From Raillietiella orientalis (taxonomy: Eukaryota), in contig JAYWIR010000029.1 of NCBI GenBank assembly GCA_036172245.1, forward strand, positions 2,728,001 to 2,792,000: DNA of 64,000 nt, read 5' to 3'. A program made the translations under genes and the position numbers. The number at the start of each line of letters is the position of its first letter. Position 1 is the stretch's first letter. Shown here piece by piece: positions 40,030 through 52,026 of the stretch. The notes beneath the pieces were generated by a model, which saw nothing but the letters and a program-made list of their open reading frames with translations, ran no database searches and was not told where the DNA came from.

Positions 40030-43000
40030 GTGTACAGTGACAGTGAACAGTGCAAAGTGAACAGTGCACTGACTCCAGCAGCCCTCCCGGTCAGTGCAGC
40101 GAACAGCCGGTAGCAGCACCATGGTGGAGGACTCGCATCCCCCGGCGGTGTTAGTTTCGTCCGCAGGAAAAAGGATGTCAGCAGAGATGGATACCCGGAC
40201 CGCATCGACTCAGCCGACGACACGCACCGAGGTGACTGCAGGCGCGCAAGCGGTCACCCCGTGCGTGTCGTCGTCGGCACCAACGTCACATTCCTCGAAT
40301 GGGAACGTGACGGACACGGCGCCTTCTTACGCGACGGTAGCAGTATCCGCAAACGCACCCGTGCCCGCCATGAAGAAGCGCAGTTACGCTCAGACAGAGG
40401 TCATGGTAGAGTCGACGAGCCAATGGTGCAGGCGGGCCCGGAGGTGAAGTCAATTCCATTCCAAACCGATCGAATCCGTCTCCATAATATCAAAGACGTA
40501 TACCTGACCCTGAACAGTGAAAAGTTCCCAGGGTGCAGAAAATTGTCCCATGTGCAAGCGGGGAGTTCACTGTCCACCAATCATCGATGTCTTTGTGGGA
40601 CAAGGCGTAAAAATTGCTGGAAGAGCGTGCGGGGAATCGGCGAGACGTCCACCACGATGGTGTCTCTCAACGGAATCAGCATCCGTGCAACCGAACAAAC
40701 GGTGTGGCAATTCCTTGTGTAATACGAAGGATTGAAGCATGTGAGATTTCGAAACCACATGGGCAGAGTAATCTCCAGGGAAAGAATTGCGAAGATGCAA
40801 TGGAAGGCGGAGGCGAGGATGCGGGAAGAAGTGTATATCGATGCACGTCCCGGTCAAATGTCGGAAACAACCGCTATCGTGCACCGACTGGAAAACGTAC
40901 GGCCATTGGGAAGATACGTGACCCCGATCTCGGTGCTACCGGTGCAGCAAGCAAGCGCACCGGATCAGGTCATGCAATACACCGGAGACTTGCGTGTTCT
41001 GCAAGGAACCCGGCCGCGCCAGGAGGAATTGAAAGAATACGCGAATTGGAGAGAAAGGAGAGTTCTCTCCCCGGTCAGGGAAAGAGCCAAGGAAACGCCT
41101 GAAGTGGCCAGACCCATGCCAAAGGCGGTAGTACTAGCCGCGAAAGACGGCTTTCAAGAGGTACGCATTCAAAAAGGAAACAGGAGGATGCTCACGCAAG
41201 AGTAGCAGACCTCGAATGAACAAGGAGAGAAACGCGAGAAAGAACAGACGGAAGAAGCGGAGCTCCACCCCGGACACACAGGAAACCGTGCCGATCGCCG
41301 AGGAAGCGACTCAGCTGCGAGATGAAGTTCGTCATGGAACAAGCAACGAGGACCAGGGACAAATCCTGCGCTTCATCTGCGATGTCACGGAGGACGTTGA
41401 CGCAAACATGGTGGAAGACTCCCAACGTATTTAAGCTGGGCAGAGAGCTGTTGGACTTCGTTCTGCGTGAGAGTGCGCCTCGAAACTCCCCTACGCAAAG
41501 TGATCGCCAAGACCGAACGACAGACCGATGAAACCGAATTCACAGACCTGAGAGAGTCCGAGAGTGACGTTGGAAGTGAATTAGCTCATGTCCAGAGGCA
41601 GCAACGGTCTTCAAGGCGGAAACGCAACCAGGAAAGCCAGAAGCCTATGGCCTCCGTGTCCACAGTTAGGAGGATCCCAATAGTCGGTTGAGACTTGAAT
41701 GGACAGGAAAGTAAAGGATCTTGCGGTCCATCGCACGCCAACACGTAGTGTTCCTTCAGGAGACCCACGACATGGGCCACAAGATCGATCCCGACTTGGA
41801 ACGACGCCTAAACGTCCAGCTGTTCGACTACGCGAGACAGAGGGAGACCCAGGGTGTGGCGACCCTCATGCAGAAGGTCCGTGCCCACACTACAGCATGC
41901 TGGATCCATTCTGCCCCATGTCCTGGTCGAAGAGTCGCCAGTATACGGATGTCCTGGTCCGCCAAGGTTCATCTACTCTTGGTGAACCTGTACGGACATC
42001 ACAAGGGAAAACATGAGAACGCGGAGGCGATACGCCATGTGCTGCGTCAGCAAGTGTCGCCAAAGGACTTCCTCATCGTCGTGGGAGACGTCGACATCCG
42101 GGACGAGATCACCCGCTTCCAGCACGCCAAAGGAAGACGGGCGTATCGGCAGCTGTCCGAGGAATTTGGACTGCTGTGGCTAACTGCAAGCCACAAGCCG
42201 ATTGACCAAATCCTTCACAGCTTCAAACTGAAGAGTCACATGGAGGGTTTTCGCGACACGCAGACTCTGCCATCGGAACATGCACTGGTGCGATTGTCCC
42301 CAAAGACAGAAAATCCCCACCGAAGGAAAGGCACTAGAGCGGCGTTCATCTGCATGCTCTCCTGGTTCGAGACGCTCCTCTGTCACCAGGCAGTCATCGA
42401 GGCCACTCTGTAAGGCACCATCATTTGCAAAGTCGCGGGCTGGGACAGCCTGAGGCACCGAGTCCACGTATTGTGCAACATGAAGCACCGGGACGAGAGG
42501 ATGAGGAAGGAAGCGTACCGAAAGCACAATATCGAAGATGGCTCCCTCTCCAAATACTGGGAAAAGCACGAGAGTCGAAACGTCTTCACAAATGGAAAAG
42601 GGGAAGTCCGCGTGCTGGAAAAGAAGAATCTGGCGACAGACAGTTTGTGCATCCAGCACGACGGCCAAAGCCGGCAGATGTAGGAGCAGGAAGCAGCACA
42701 GTACACTCGTGTGGACTCCAACAGGAAGCGGAGCGACAGCCTCTGGAATGGCGTCCTACTTCCAAACGTACTCTTCTCAGCGGCCTTCTGCAGAGTGATC
42801 AAGGACAGCCGGCGAGAAAAGGACAAGCGGCAACGCAAGACAATCATGGGAAACTACAAACTAAGGGTCGGACTATAACCTCCATTCCATCGATAGGAAG
42901 AAGGAGGTCCCGGGATGAAGTCGCTGCGACACGCCGTGGAGACCACGGACGTGCGACAACTACAGGACAGACAAATGGGACGACTGGCCATACGAGGCTC

Positions 43001-43725
43001 GGAGAGCCTATTCGTTGTGGTTCCACAGCTCGAGAGGCCTGATAGTCATCAGGCCTCTCGAGCTGAGGATGGATCACCATCGAGCCCACATGGAGGCACT
43101 GGTGCGGAAGCGCCAGCTCCAAATCATGCCTAGAAGCCAGGAACTCTAGGAGAGAGGAATCGGTCCTAGTAATCCCCTGGTTGCTCCCAGTCCCAGGTGA
43201 CACAAGGAGCTCGATATGCCGGAGGTCCAGAGTTACTTTAAGAAGAATAGAGTGGCGGAGACGCGAAGGCTACTGCGACCACTCCCCGTGTGCTGGAGTA
43301 CATCGACAGGAAAGTTTGCCCACAGGACGCTCAAAATGTGGAAAAGCCACAGGAACTACGCGTGGCCCAGGATGAACAAGGAGAACCTTCGTCATCTCCT
43401 ACGTGAAGACCATCAGACAAGCCCTGGAATGACCTTCTAGGGGATGCCGTTGGCGATTGGAAGGACCTTCTAGAGGAGTGGACGGCCGCCAGACACCCAG
43501 GATGACCTCCGAATGTAATACTGCGAGGGAATCTGGATTGGGACCAGGATGAAATACTTAACGGGAACAGATGAGGATTGCAGGGCGAAATTATCACCAT
43601 TGCCTCCATGGTGGCTGTTCGGCAGCCCTATCACCCTTCTCAGGGTTTGCCAGTGTCGATGCATCGTGGGACATGTCACGATGTGAAGTCTCGTGTCCAC
43701 GTCACCACCTGCCCTGCAATCCTCA
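40030..43725 (+). mobile_element. Degenerate Tx1/L1-like LINE: ORF1, APE endonuclease and C-terminus, with the RT core apparently deleted and the 3' end inverted
   Basis: CAGTG-rich 5' leader. ORF1-like SYATV and KRSYAQ, and VSLNGISIRATEQTVWQFLV.YEG. APE motifs FLQETH, VNLYGHH, IVVGDVD, IDQIL and SEHALV at 41721-42300. Post-RT GGPGMKSL (cf. GGLGL). No YADD found. Confidence 0.8.
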
Positions 43726-43779
43726 ACTAATAAATTTTGCTTAGAGATACTGGAGAAGAAAGGCAGATCAGTATGGAAG

Positions 43780-44320
43780 GGAATTCTAAATGAATGCATC
43801 ATGAAGGACTCCGTTGTGCATAGTGGCAGCTGGTCAAGCTATTCATCATCTTTGCGAGTATAGATGATGTCATTCGTTCGTTAGTCTACCCGACTTACAA
43901 TTTCCAACATGCGGTTATTCATGACCATGCACGATCGATAGAATCTGCATGGGCAAGATCAAGAAAGAATTAAGGAAAAAGAATGAAAGCACCAGTCCTA
44001 CTTGGGAAGCTGCCTTGGAGAACTCTCACTCAAGATGAAAACAAAAGATATTCCTGTGGAACCACTTTCCCTATATTAATTCACTCGTCCACATTCAGTT
44101 CGCAAGGGTTGACACCAATTTTTAACTTCCATAAATCCTTCGTCCTTCATCCAGCCGTTGCCTCAAACTTCATAGAGAACCACATCCTCCAGTTCATCAG
44201 AAGGACACACTTTCACTAGAAAACCGGAGACTTCCTTTCAGAGGATACCCATTCGGGGTGGAGAATGTTGCAAATGCTCTCAACTTCTGGAAACGGTCTC
44301 AGCAATCGGCATTCTCTGAA
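43780..44320 (+). repeat. Diverged copy of 61840-62421, in inverted orientation
   Basis: Both translate to MKDSV.H.GSWSSYSS...QDE.KRYS.GTTFPI...SNFIENHIL. Patchy similarity continues ~200 bp further inward. Confidence 0.9.
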
Positions 44321-44739
44321 AAATGAACTCAGTTTTCACGAACACGCTGTGTACGGATGGAATCGATCGGCTACACAGTTCATGTCGTCGCCACGTGGAA
44401 AATCCCAGCTTCGGTGACACGTTCCAAGGCTTTTCCAAGCCACACTTTGCTCCAGCCATGCAAATTGACAACGTTCTCGGTTTGTGAAGCCAGTGCCCAT
44501 TACGAGGTCCTGCAGGGTGTGTGTGTAAAAGAGCGCATATTTTGTTCCATCCTGAGGATGGTTTTCTCTCTCTTTCTCATTCTCTTCTTCCGAGGGCCTC
44601 GCGCACTGGAAAAAATGCAGCGTTATGGATTCCATCTGCTTTCCCCAGTCCAAAAATTCAGTAACAGGAGATACTGGATAGGGGCAATTTTATTCAGTCC
44701 TCTTTCACTGCTTTCCGCATTACATTGAACTGAAGTCAG

Positions 44740-46200
44740 CCGACGATCCTGGAGCAGAAGTTGGGAAAACGCAGCAGCCGCTGCGTCCGGCGAAACCGCA
44801 GCACCCTGACCAAAGCACCGGATTTGCGAGCAGGCAGGGTGTCGCCGAGGCGGTTGGTGCCTCAGCTAACAGCGGCTGATTGTTCTCTGGGAGATGAGGC
44901 GAAGACTATCGAGGAGTTGGTGCTTTGCCGCTGGTGGCAACCAGGGGCGTTCAGGGTGCAGCGGAGCAAACTGCAAGTGGGCAGCCTCCGCTCAGGCTGC
45001 CACCACCGTCCGTGCCGCAACTGTCACCTGCCCGAGGTGCCCACTTGCGCAGATGGCCGCCGTTCCGCCGCTACGGCCACCTACGGTTGCACAGCCGCCC
45101 TAATCCGTCCAGTGGCAGCTGTCTGTGGAAGAAATGCTGCTCTCCCGGTGGCGAGATGCACTGTCGGAGGTCGGGGCTTCCTGGATCGGCGCCGCTACTA
45201 TTGGAACTCTCTCCAGCACGGGAGAGAGGCCAGGGTTGCATGCCAAGCCCCAAGCGACGTTCCCGACTCCTTTCGGTCGGCACAGATGCGTCTCCTCACG
45301 AAGGGAGGGGACTTACGGAACCTCAGCAACTGGCGTCCGATCACCGTGTTGTTGCGAAACTTTGCTCAACACGGTAAACGTGTTGAGCAAAGTTTCGCTA
45401 AGTTGCTGGCGAAGCTTTACTCGGAGAGATTAGGGCTCTTGGCGAAAACCTTCATTAGACCGGAGCATAATACTTACCGCTGTTTCCGGGCGGAGCATAG
45501 ACGCCAATCTGCTCTTCGCGAACACCTGGTTCGAGTTTCAGAGGAGAAGAGCAAAGGACAAAATCATGGTCGGCACCACGATTTCCGGGACGTCCACTGG
45601 TGGTGGGCAGGATGGCCGGGAAGGAGAGGGGGGAATTGCGGTCGCAGTCGACTTGCGCAGAACATTCGATTTTCACCCGGGTTTCGCCAGGGCTTTTGTT
45701 GAAAACAAACTTTAACAAAGAAGTGCTGTGGCTGGACCAATGCTCCAGCCACGCACGAAGATACACAGAGCCTTCCGGGTTACCGGTTCGCAGACCGATA
45801 CGATCCACCACGGCAGCAGGGGGAAGGGGGAAGAAACAAAAAAACTAAACAAAAAGAAAAGAATACTTGGGAGGGTAAGGGAAGGGATCACTGCTGCTGC
45901 TGGGGCCGTTGCATCCTTCTCAGGATGCCGGCAAGCTTTTTCGGTATGCTTGGATCCAGGTGGGGCCATCGCGACGCCCTCCTCAAAAATTCGGCGGCGC
46001 GCTGGATGGCACCTTATCGCGAGGTCCTCCCTTAGCCTTGGTGCAAGCGACGACGATCCCGCGAAGGCAGCACAGGGCTGCTATCGAGGCCGCAGGCCGA
46101 AGGGCGTCGGCAACGAAGAGGGCTTTTAAGGCGTCCCTGGGGTTGCCGCAGGGGATTCCGATGGCCACGGCAAAGAAAACCGACGATTACGTCCATACAG
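44740..46200 (+). mobile_element. Non-LTR reverse transcriptase fragment (L1/Tx1-like)
   Basis: PDSFRSAQMRLLTKGGDLRNLSNWRPITVL...KLLAKLYSERL...FIRPEH (45260-45470) matches the conserved LINE RT N-terminus. Boundaries approximate. Confidence 0.75.
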
Positions 46201-46929
46201 ATGAAGCCAGGTTTCATCTTTCATTGAAGATGATGCGACTAGTGTTGAGTGTTTCAGGAAAGAGTGCAAATAAATTCACCCCACCGCTTGTCGGATTTGG
46301 GGACGTTGTATGGCTATACGCGGGAGAAAAAATTCTCTACATCTATGTGATCATGCGGTATACATACGACACGAATACAAAAGGAACAAAAAGGAAAAGG
46401 AAGCAATCTCGTGTCAGCAATAACTTGTAAGGAAGATCACGATGCTGATGAATAGTAATGCATCCGCATGGCCAGAGTTCGTTGAAGTCACGTCAAAACA
46501 GTGCTGCCATTTACGACCGGCCCACATTCTTCTGGGGGTGTTCTTCAGCTCCGGAGCGCGGAGTGCACGTAACGCCGTCCGCAACAGTGTTGTGACCATC
46601 CACGTAAAGAAACCGACGTCTTTTCAGATGTTTGTAACCAGGTCACGCCGCCACGTTTCTCAAGAAACCGGTTAGGAACACCGTTCGCATCCAAGATATA
46701 ACAAACAAGAGGGGAGTCCGCCGGCACGCAGGCCGGGATGACGGAAGTTGGGAACGGGGCGGGGGATAGAGACAACAAAAAAAAGTTGACTGTGGCGGGT
46801 TGGGGCAGGGGTCTTCGGGATGGCTCCGGGAGGCACTGGGTAAGACAGGGAAGATTCGGAACGAACGAGGAGAGCGGATCGCAAAAAACAAATGAATAAA
46901 ATCGATAACTCAAGGGAGGGAGATGGCGA

Positions 46930-49100
46930 GGTTCACCGGGGTGCGCCGTTCTTTACGGTCCATCTGCAGCTGGATGCTGGCGATCTCTTCTCTTGTTTGC
47001 CTTCCAGGTGGTGCCACCTTTCAGCTGTCGCCAGGTACGAAGCTGCGTCACAGCGGACCACTTTTCGCTTCGCTTTGGTGTCCAAGACGTAGCGGGCCTT
47101 TCCGATGGCACGAGTGCAACAGATCGTTGCCACTATCACGCCAGCCGAAAGTCTGTTTCGCGTGAAGAAACGGCGAGACACCTTTTTCGCAGTGCCTCCC
47201 TGTAGCGAAACGGCTGTAACCAGCCTGCGCCACAGTTCGCTGAGGTCACCGCATTCGAGCAAGAGGTGCGAGAACGATTCGATCGTCCTGCACCTACAGC
47301 AGTCCGGAGAGACAGCTCCCCCGGAAACGATGCTACGCCGCTGATGACAGTGGAAAAGCCAGCGTAAAAAGCAGCAGCACATCTTGTTTCCACATCAAGG
47401 GGGACTCCCTGTCCCCCTTGATGTCAAGGCAAGAAGTGGAGGACCACTATCTCATCGGGGGGCACACTTGAATATTCACTCCACCGAAGAAGTCCCTTGG
47501 CGCGATTGGAAGGAGTGGCAGCATGCACCAGCTCCTTCGTCCGCCTGCCGCTAAGGAGTTCCGTCTTTCCTGCGATGGTGCAGGAGATCTCAAACCCAGC
47601 CGATAGGCTTCTGTCATTGTTTGCCCTGAGGGCAGACAGCGCTGCGGCAAGGGCTGTGGTGGCAAGACGATTTCGTTTCTTCTTGCCCTGCATCATGTCT
47701 TCCAGAGGTTGACCCAGGGGGAATCGCAGGCCTCGAAGGTCTTCCGGGCGCATCCTTTGTGCGGCAGCCCACGACGCAACCGCCTCCTGCCGTCAAACAT
47801 CACTGTTCCCAGGCCGTTTTAAACCAAATGGTACCACAGATGCCACCAAAGATTTCTCCCACTCTCAAGTTTTCTAATGGACAGAAACCAGGTTTCGATT
47901 TTCTTGGATTTACAATACGACAATAGAAACAAAAGTGCAGTTTCTTGCAGTTTTTGGATAATTTAATGGTAAAAATTAGAGTAGAGAGGGATAAATCGGG
48001 ATAAATCAGCGTACGAAATCGTAGAGCATGAATATGATGTAGTAAATGATGGATGGTTTCTTCTGAAATTCCATCCATTCTACATTCTTTTGGTATACAA
48101 AGATGAAATTTACAGTAAAATTAGTATTTTACTGTAAATTTAATGGAAAATATGATTACCTATTCGACTTAGAAGGTAGATCAGAAATTACACTACGTGA
48201 AATAATTGATGGAGAACCGATATCAGCACGACTGGATAGGCTATGAGACGGAAAAGGATATATTGCTATTTTCGAATGCGGAGTGAAAAGAATGGAGAAG
48301 AACCAAGCTTGCTGGAAGTTTTTCTTCTCTCCATATCTCCTCTATCTCTAAGCCACTAATTTCATTAAATAATTTAAGGAAAAAGATCAGCAATCGTGTA
48401 TAACATTTCTCTCTAAATTTCTACTGTGGAATTATCCAAAAACTGCCCAAAATAATAAATTGGGAATTGCAAAACCAACACCTTTACCAGAGCCTGTGCA
48501 ATTACGTGGATTGGGGCTTTATTTCAGTCTTAGCTTTTTTTTCTAACCTTTGTTGGTGGATGTGGTGGTTCTGCAAGTTGTGGAATCTTGTGGTGGAAAA
48601 CTATAAAGAAAGCAATGCCTGTATGACGCGATAGGCTCACGTTACCGATTTTTTTCCTCTGTGGAAGGTGCAATTTCCGATTCAGAGCCCTTGGGCTGCA
48701 GGAGATCCCGCGTTGAGCTTCCAGTAACGGGCGCACTTGCCTCAGTGGGAAGCCGAATCCTTTTCCGCTGAGGCGGCAACGACTGGAGTCCTTGGCTGTC
48801 AGTGTAGCGCCGAAGGATGAGGCGCGCAGGAAGGCATTACGGCGTACCCACCAGAGTTTGGTACAAAGCGCGAGCAGTCGGAAGTGCATCTGCGCTTCCA
48901 TGGAGTTCGTCGTCTTTGCAGATGTTCGCGCACTGCGTAATGCTGGCGTGCTTGCGGCACATCCGTCCCGTCTTCTTCGAACAGGGGAAGGGGAGGCCCC
49001 GTTCAAGTGCAGCCCTTCCGGTGGAAGAGTCCGAGGCGGTGCAGGGAAGCGAAGGAATTTCCGGTTCTTGCACGCATCGACGGTGTCCAAAAAGCGTGCA
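46930..49100 (-). mobile_element. 3' part of an L1/Tx1-like LINE, interrupted by the AT-rich insert at ~47810-48600
   Basis: CCRCRTIESFSHLLLECGDLSELW (C-terminal CCHC of LINE ORF2) at ~47230-47300. FRLLALCTKLWW, resembling the post-RT segment, at ~48845-48885. Confidence 0.65.
47947..48446. mobile_element. MITE-like non-autonomous DNA transposon, 500 bp
   Basis: Perfect 17-bp terminal inverted repeat GCAGTTTTTGGATAATT (47947-47963) / AATTATCCAAAAACTGC (48430-48446), extending imperfectly to ~35 bp. AT-rich, no ORF. No clear TSD. Confidence 0.7.
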
Positions 49101-52026
49101 TCACTTTCTTGTTTGTATTTGCGTGTGTGTATGTTTTTTAGAAACAAGCAATGATATTTCCACAAGAATCATGTGAGATAGAAATTGGTAATAGAAAGAA
49201 AATTCCACAAATGCGCGTGCGAGTCATCAGAAGGTCAACGCATTCATTAAAAAAAGAATAGAAGAAATGCTGTTGGTGGAATGGAGGACGTCCCGCTGAG
49301 ACGTCCTGCTTGGAGTGCGCCCGTAAAGAACAGCATTTCTCTTTGCAAATCCGGTGTTCAGATTTCAGAAGAGATCTTGAAGGAACAGGGAGGCGATGAC
49401 GCGTCTGAAGGTTTGCTTCTACGAACGAAACCCGAGTCCCCGCTTCCTGGCTATGCAGCCATCTTTGCTCGCTCATGTATCCTTAGTTGCATCAGGAGAA
49501 TGAATCAGGAGCTGATTCCCAGGAATGATGTTTGCAGCCGTACACCAGCATGTTGCAAGAGAAACTGCCGGTGTTCCTCATCAGGTGCGATGGGCATGGT
49601 GGTTTTTTGCTTCGTTTTGAAATACGTACCAATGTGTATTCTACGCCATGATACGTCCTCCCTGGTGTTGAGCCTTTGCGGATGTACAGTTATGCTTCAT
49701 CCATCAAAATAAGGGAGGAAGGTTAATTCTCCCGGGCGAAAACTACGAGAGGAAATACGGTAGAACCTGAAAGATTCTTGTTTTAATCACGAGCGGAATA
49801 TTTGCAAGTGAACCCTTTTTTTTAATTCCACCTCCCTATTAAATCCCAATCAATGTGTCACTCGTGAGCAGCACACACGAGGCTTCGAAAGATGAGTGAA
49901 TCATCTCCTCGGCAGTTTGGTACACAAATTATTTCTCCCTGTCTGCCGATTTCTTCCTGACTGCTTAAATCGTACATATGGTCAGCAAATGGGTTGTACA
50001 TTTTCAAGATTGAAAGAGCGACGGCTTCCTCTTCGTGGGTTTCAGAAAGTAAACTTCATCTTAGACAAACACAAAAGCTCCCGAGTACCTTGAATCGTCT
50101 AGTGTGTGTACAGGTGCTTATACAAGTAATGAGCCGTTTGTTTCGTACCATCCATGCCAGTAACCTTTAAAACAGCTCCACTTGTACCTTTTCCGAGGAC
50201 ATCTCGAGATTTCCCCCTCGTTTTGTCAAGGGCAACACGTTCCTTCAGAACCTTCCTTGTCTTAGGGAAAAATGTCATTCCGATGATAGCAGATGATTTG
50301 TCTGTCCAGTGGCCACCATTAAAGTCTTCTCGAAGAACATTTCGCATATCATTTATTTGCAGTTGCCAATGCACGCGAGTCGCAAGTTGTCGATGCATTT
50401 GTGATGTCGCAACACTTTTTCAAGATAATTCTTCCATTTAGGTGAGCCCTTTCTTGGAGGCAGATGTTGAATATCGGTGTCAGTGGCTTTGCTTTGGGAT
50501 CGGTCCTCTCCCATTCATCGCGTGCGATTCCATCGCCTCCCTAAGAACTTCGTAGGGCAGTTTGGAGTTCTTCTGGAGTGAATAGGCAAGCTCCACGAAA
50601 GAGGATGCCTCCTCCCCATCTCTTCCATAATTCAGGGCCTCGTGGATAAATTATCTGCCACTTTTCACGTTTTGTTCATAGCAAACTTTTTTCGATGGTG
50701 TTTCCCAAGTGGTACGTTTTGTACTTTCTTTGGATTTCGCGTTTGTTATCGTGTACTTTACTTAGCGATCTGACTCTGAAACGAGGAACTCTCTGTCCAG
50801 AGTGATGAGTATTCATAACGACGATTTCTCTTCCGTGTGGATCCATCATCCTGCGCCTTATCCACATGACCACATGAAATCAGCGTAAAACCTCACCTAA
50901 TCTGTTCCATTTCTTCCAGCTCAACTTTTCCCTGCTCCGTTCATCCCAGCTGCTGATTTCTCGAAAATTGACGTGAAAATCAAAGAGCTCCAGTTCTATA
51001 GAAAAGAATACTTCCATTCTACAAAAGCTGCTTCTTTCCGCACTTGTGATTGTGGTCTTGCATGAAGGAATGCTTCATAGACTGAAATTCTTCCAAGAGT
51101 AAAATGATGGGAACTGTTTAAGCGATCGACCAGATGGATCACGAAGATGCTCTCCCATCAATCGGAAAGACGGAAAAAAAATAAAGATGATGGCAGATTT
51201 CTCAGTCATATGCTATAAACTCGACTCAAACCAAAGGAAATAGGGGAACCAATAGGTACGTCAGACGCTGAAACTCCTATTTCGAGTCATTTGCTACTCC
51301 TTCACTTTCCCTCGAGGCTCTCCTTTGTGTTTGCGACCATTCTACTTTTCCTTATGTTTGCGAACACAGTTCTATTTTGCATCAACGGTTGCATTTGGAA
51401 AGCAATACATTTCGTACGTCGAAGGACGTTCGAATTCGACACGCCCATTTTTCTGTAATTGCTTCACTTTTCCAGGTATGCGCTTCTTCGCCGCATCAGA
51501 TGCTGATTCGGTTTCCTTACCAATCAGCAATCCCTCTGAACGCCTTCGGTGTGAGGCATTCGCTTCCTTTCTTTTCGTGGAGGATCTATTTTCCCTTTGG
51601 ATGCTGTGCTACTGCAATCGTCATCCGAATGAACGAGAACGACCAACCACGGATCCGTAGATAGGAGCGGGTCTTTCGAATTGGGACGTACATGTGTGTA
51701 CGCGACCTTTTCGCTGCTGGCGATGGTTTCCTGGGGGAAATTGGCGGAAATCCGCCCGGGGGAGGTCTCGCCCTTCGATGGGCCGAGTTTTCCCACAGGG
51801 CGTGTCGTGAAGAAAGGAGTGAAATTCCGTCTTCAGCTCAGTGTTGAAGTGTACGTAATATGCATAATATGCATCGCGATGTGTATTCTTAAAGTGTTCT
51901 TATGAAAATCTCGAGCTGTTAAAGTTAAAGAAAAACAAATGGATGAAACTTTTAAGGAATCAGTTGAAATAACGGGACAAGCTGTGGCTGCATTGAAATA
52001 AAGGAAATCCTCAAAGTTAGGGGTGA

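Noticed and set aside
52019..52026. Shine-Dalgarno-like AGGGGTGA before the ANK start codon
   Set aside because: The spacing to ATG is too short and the motif too brief to count as evidence of bacterial origin.
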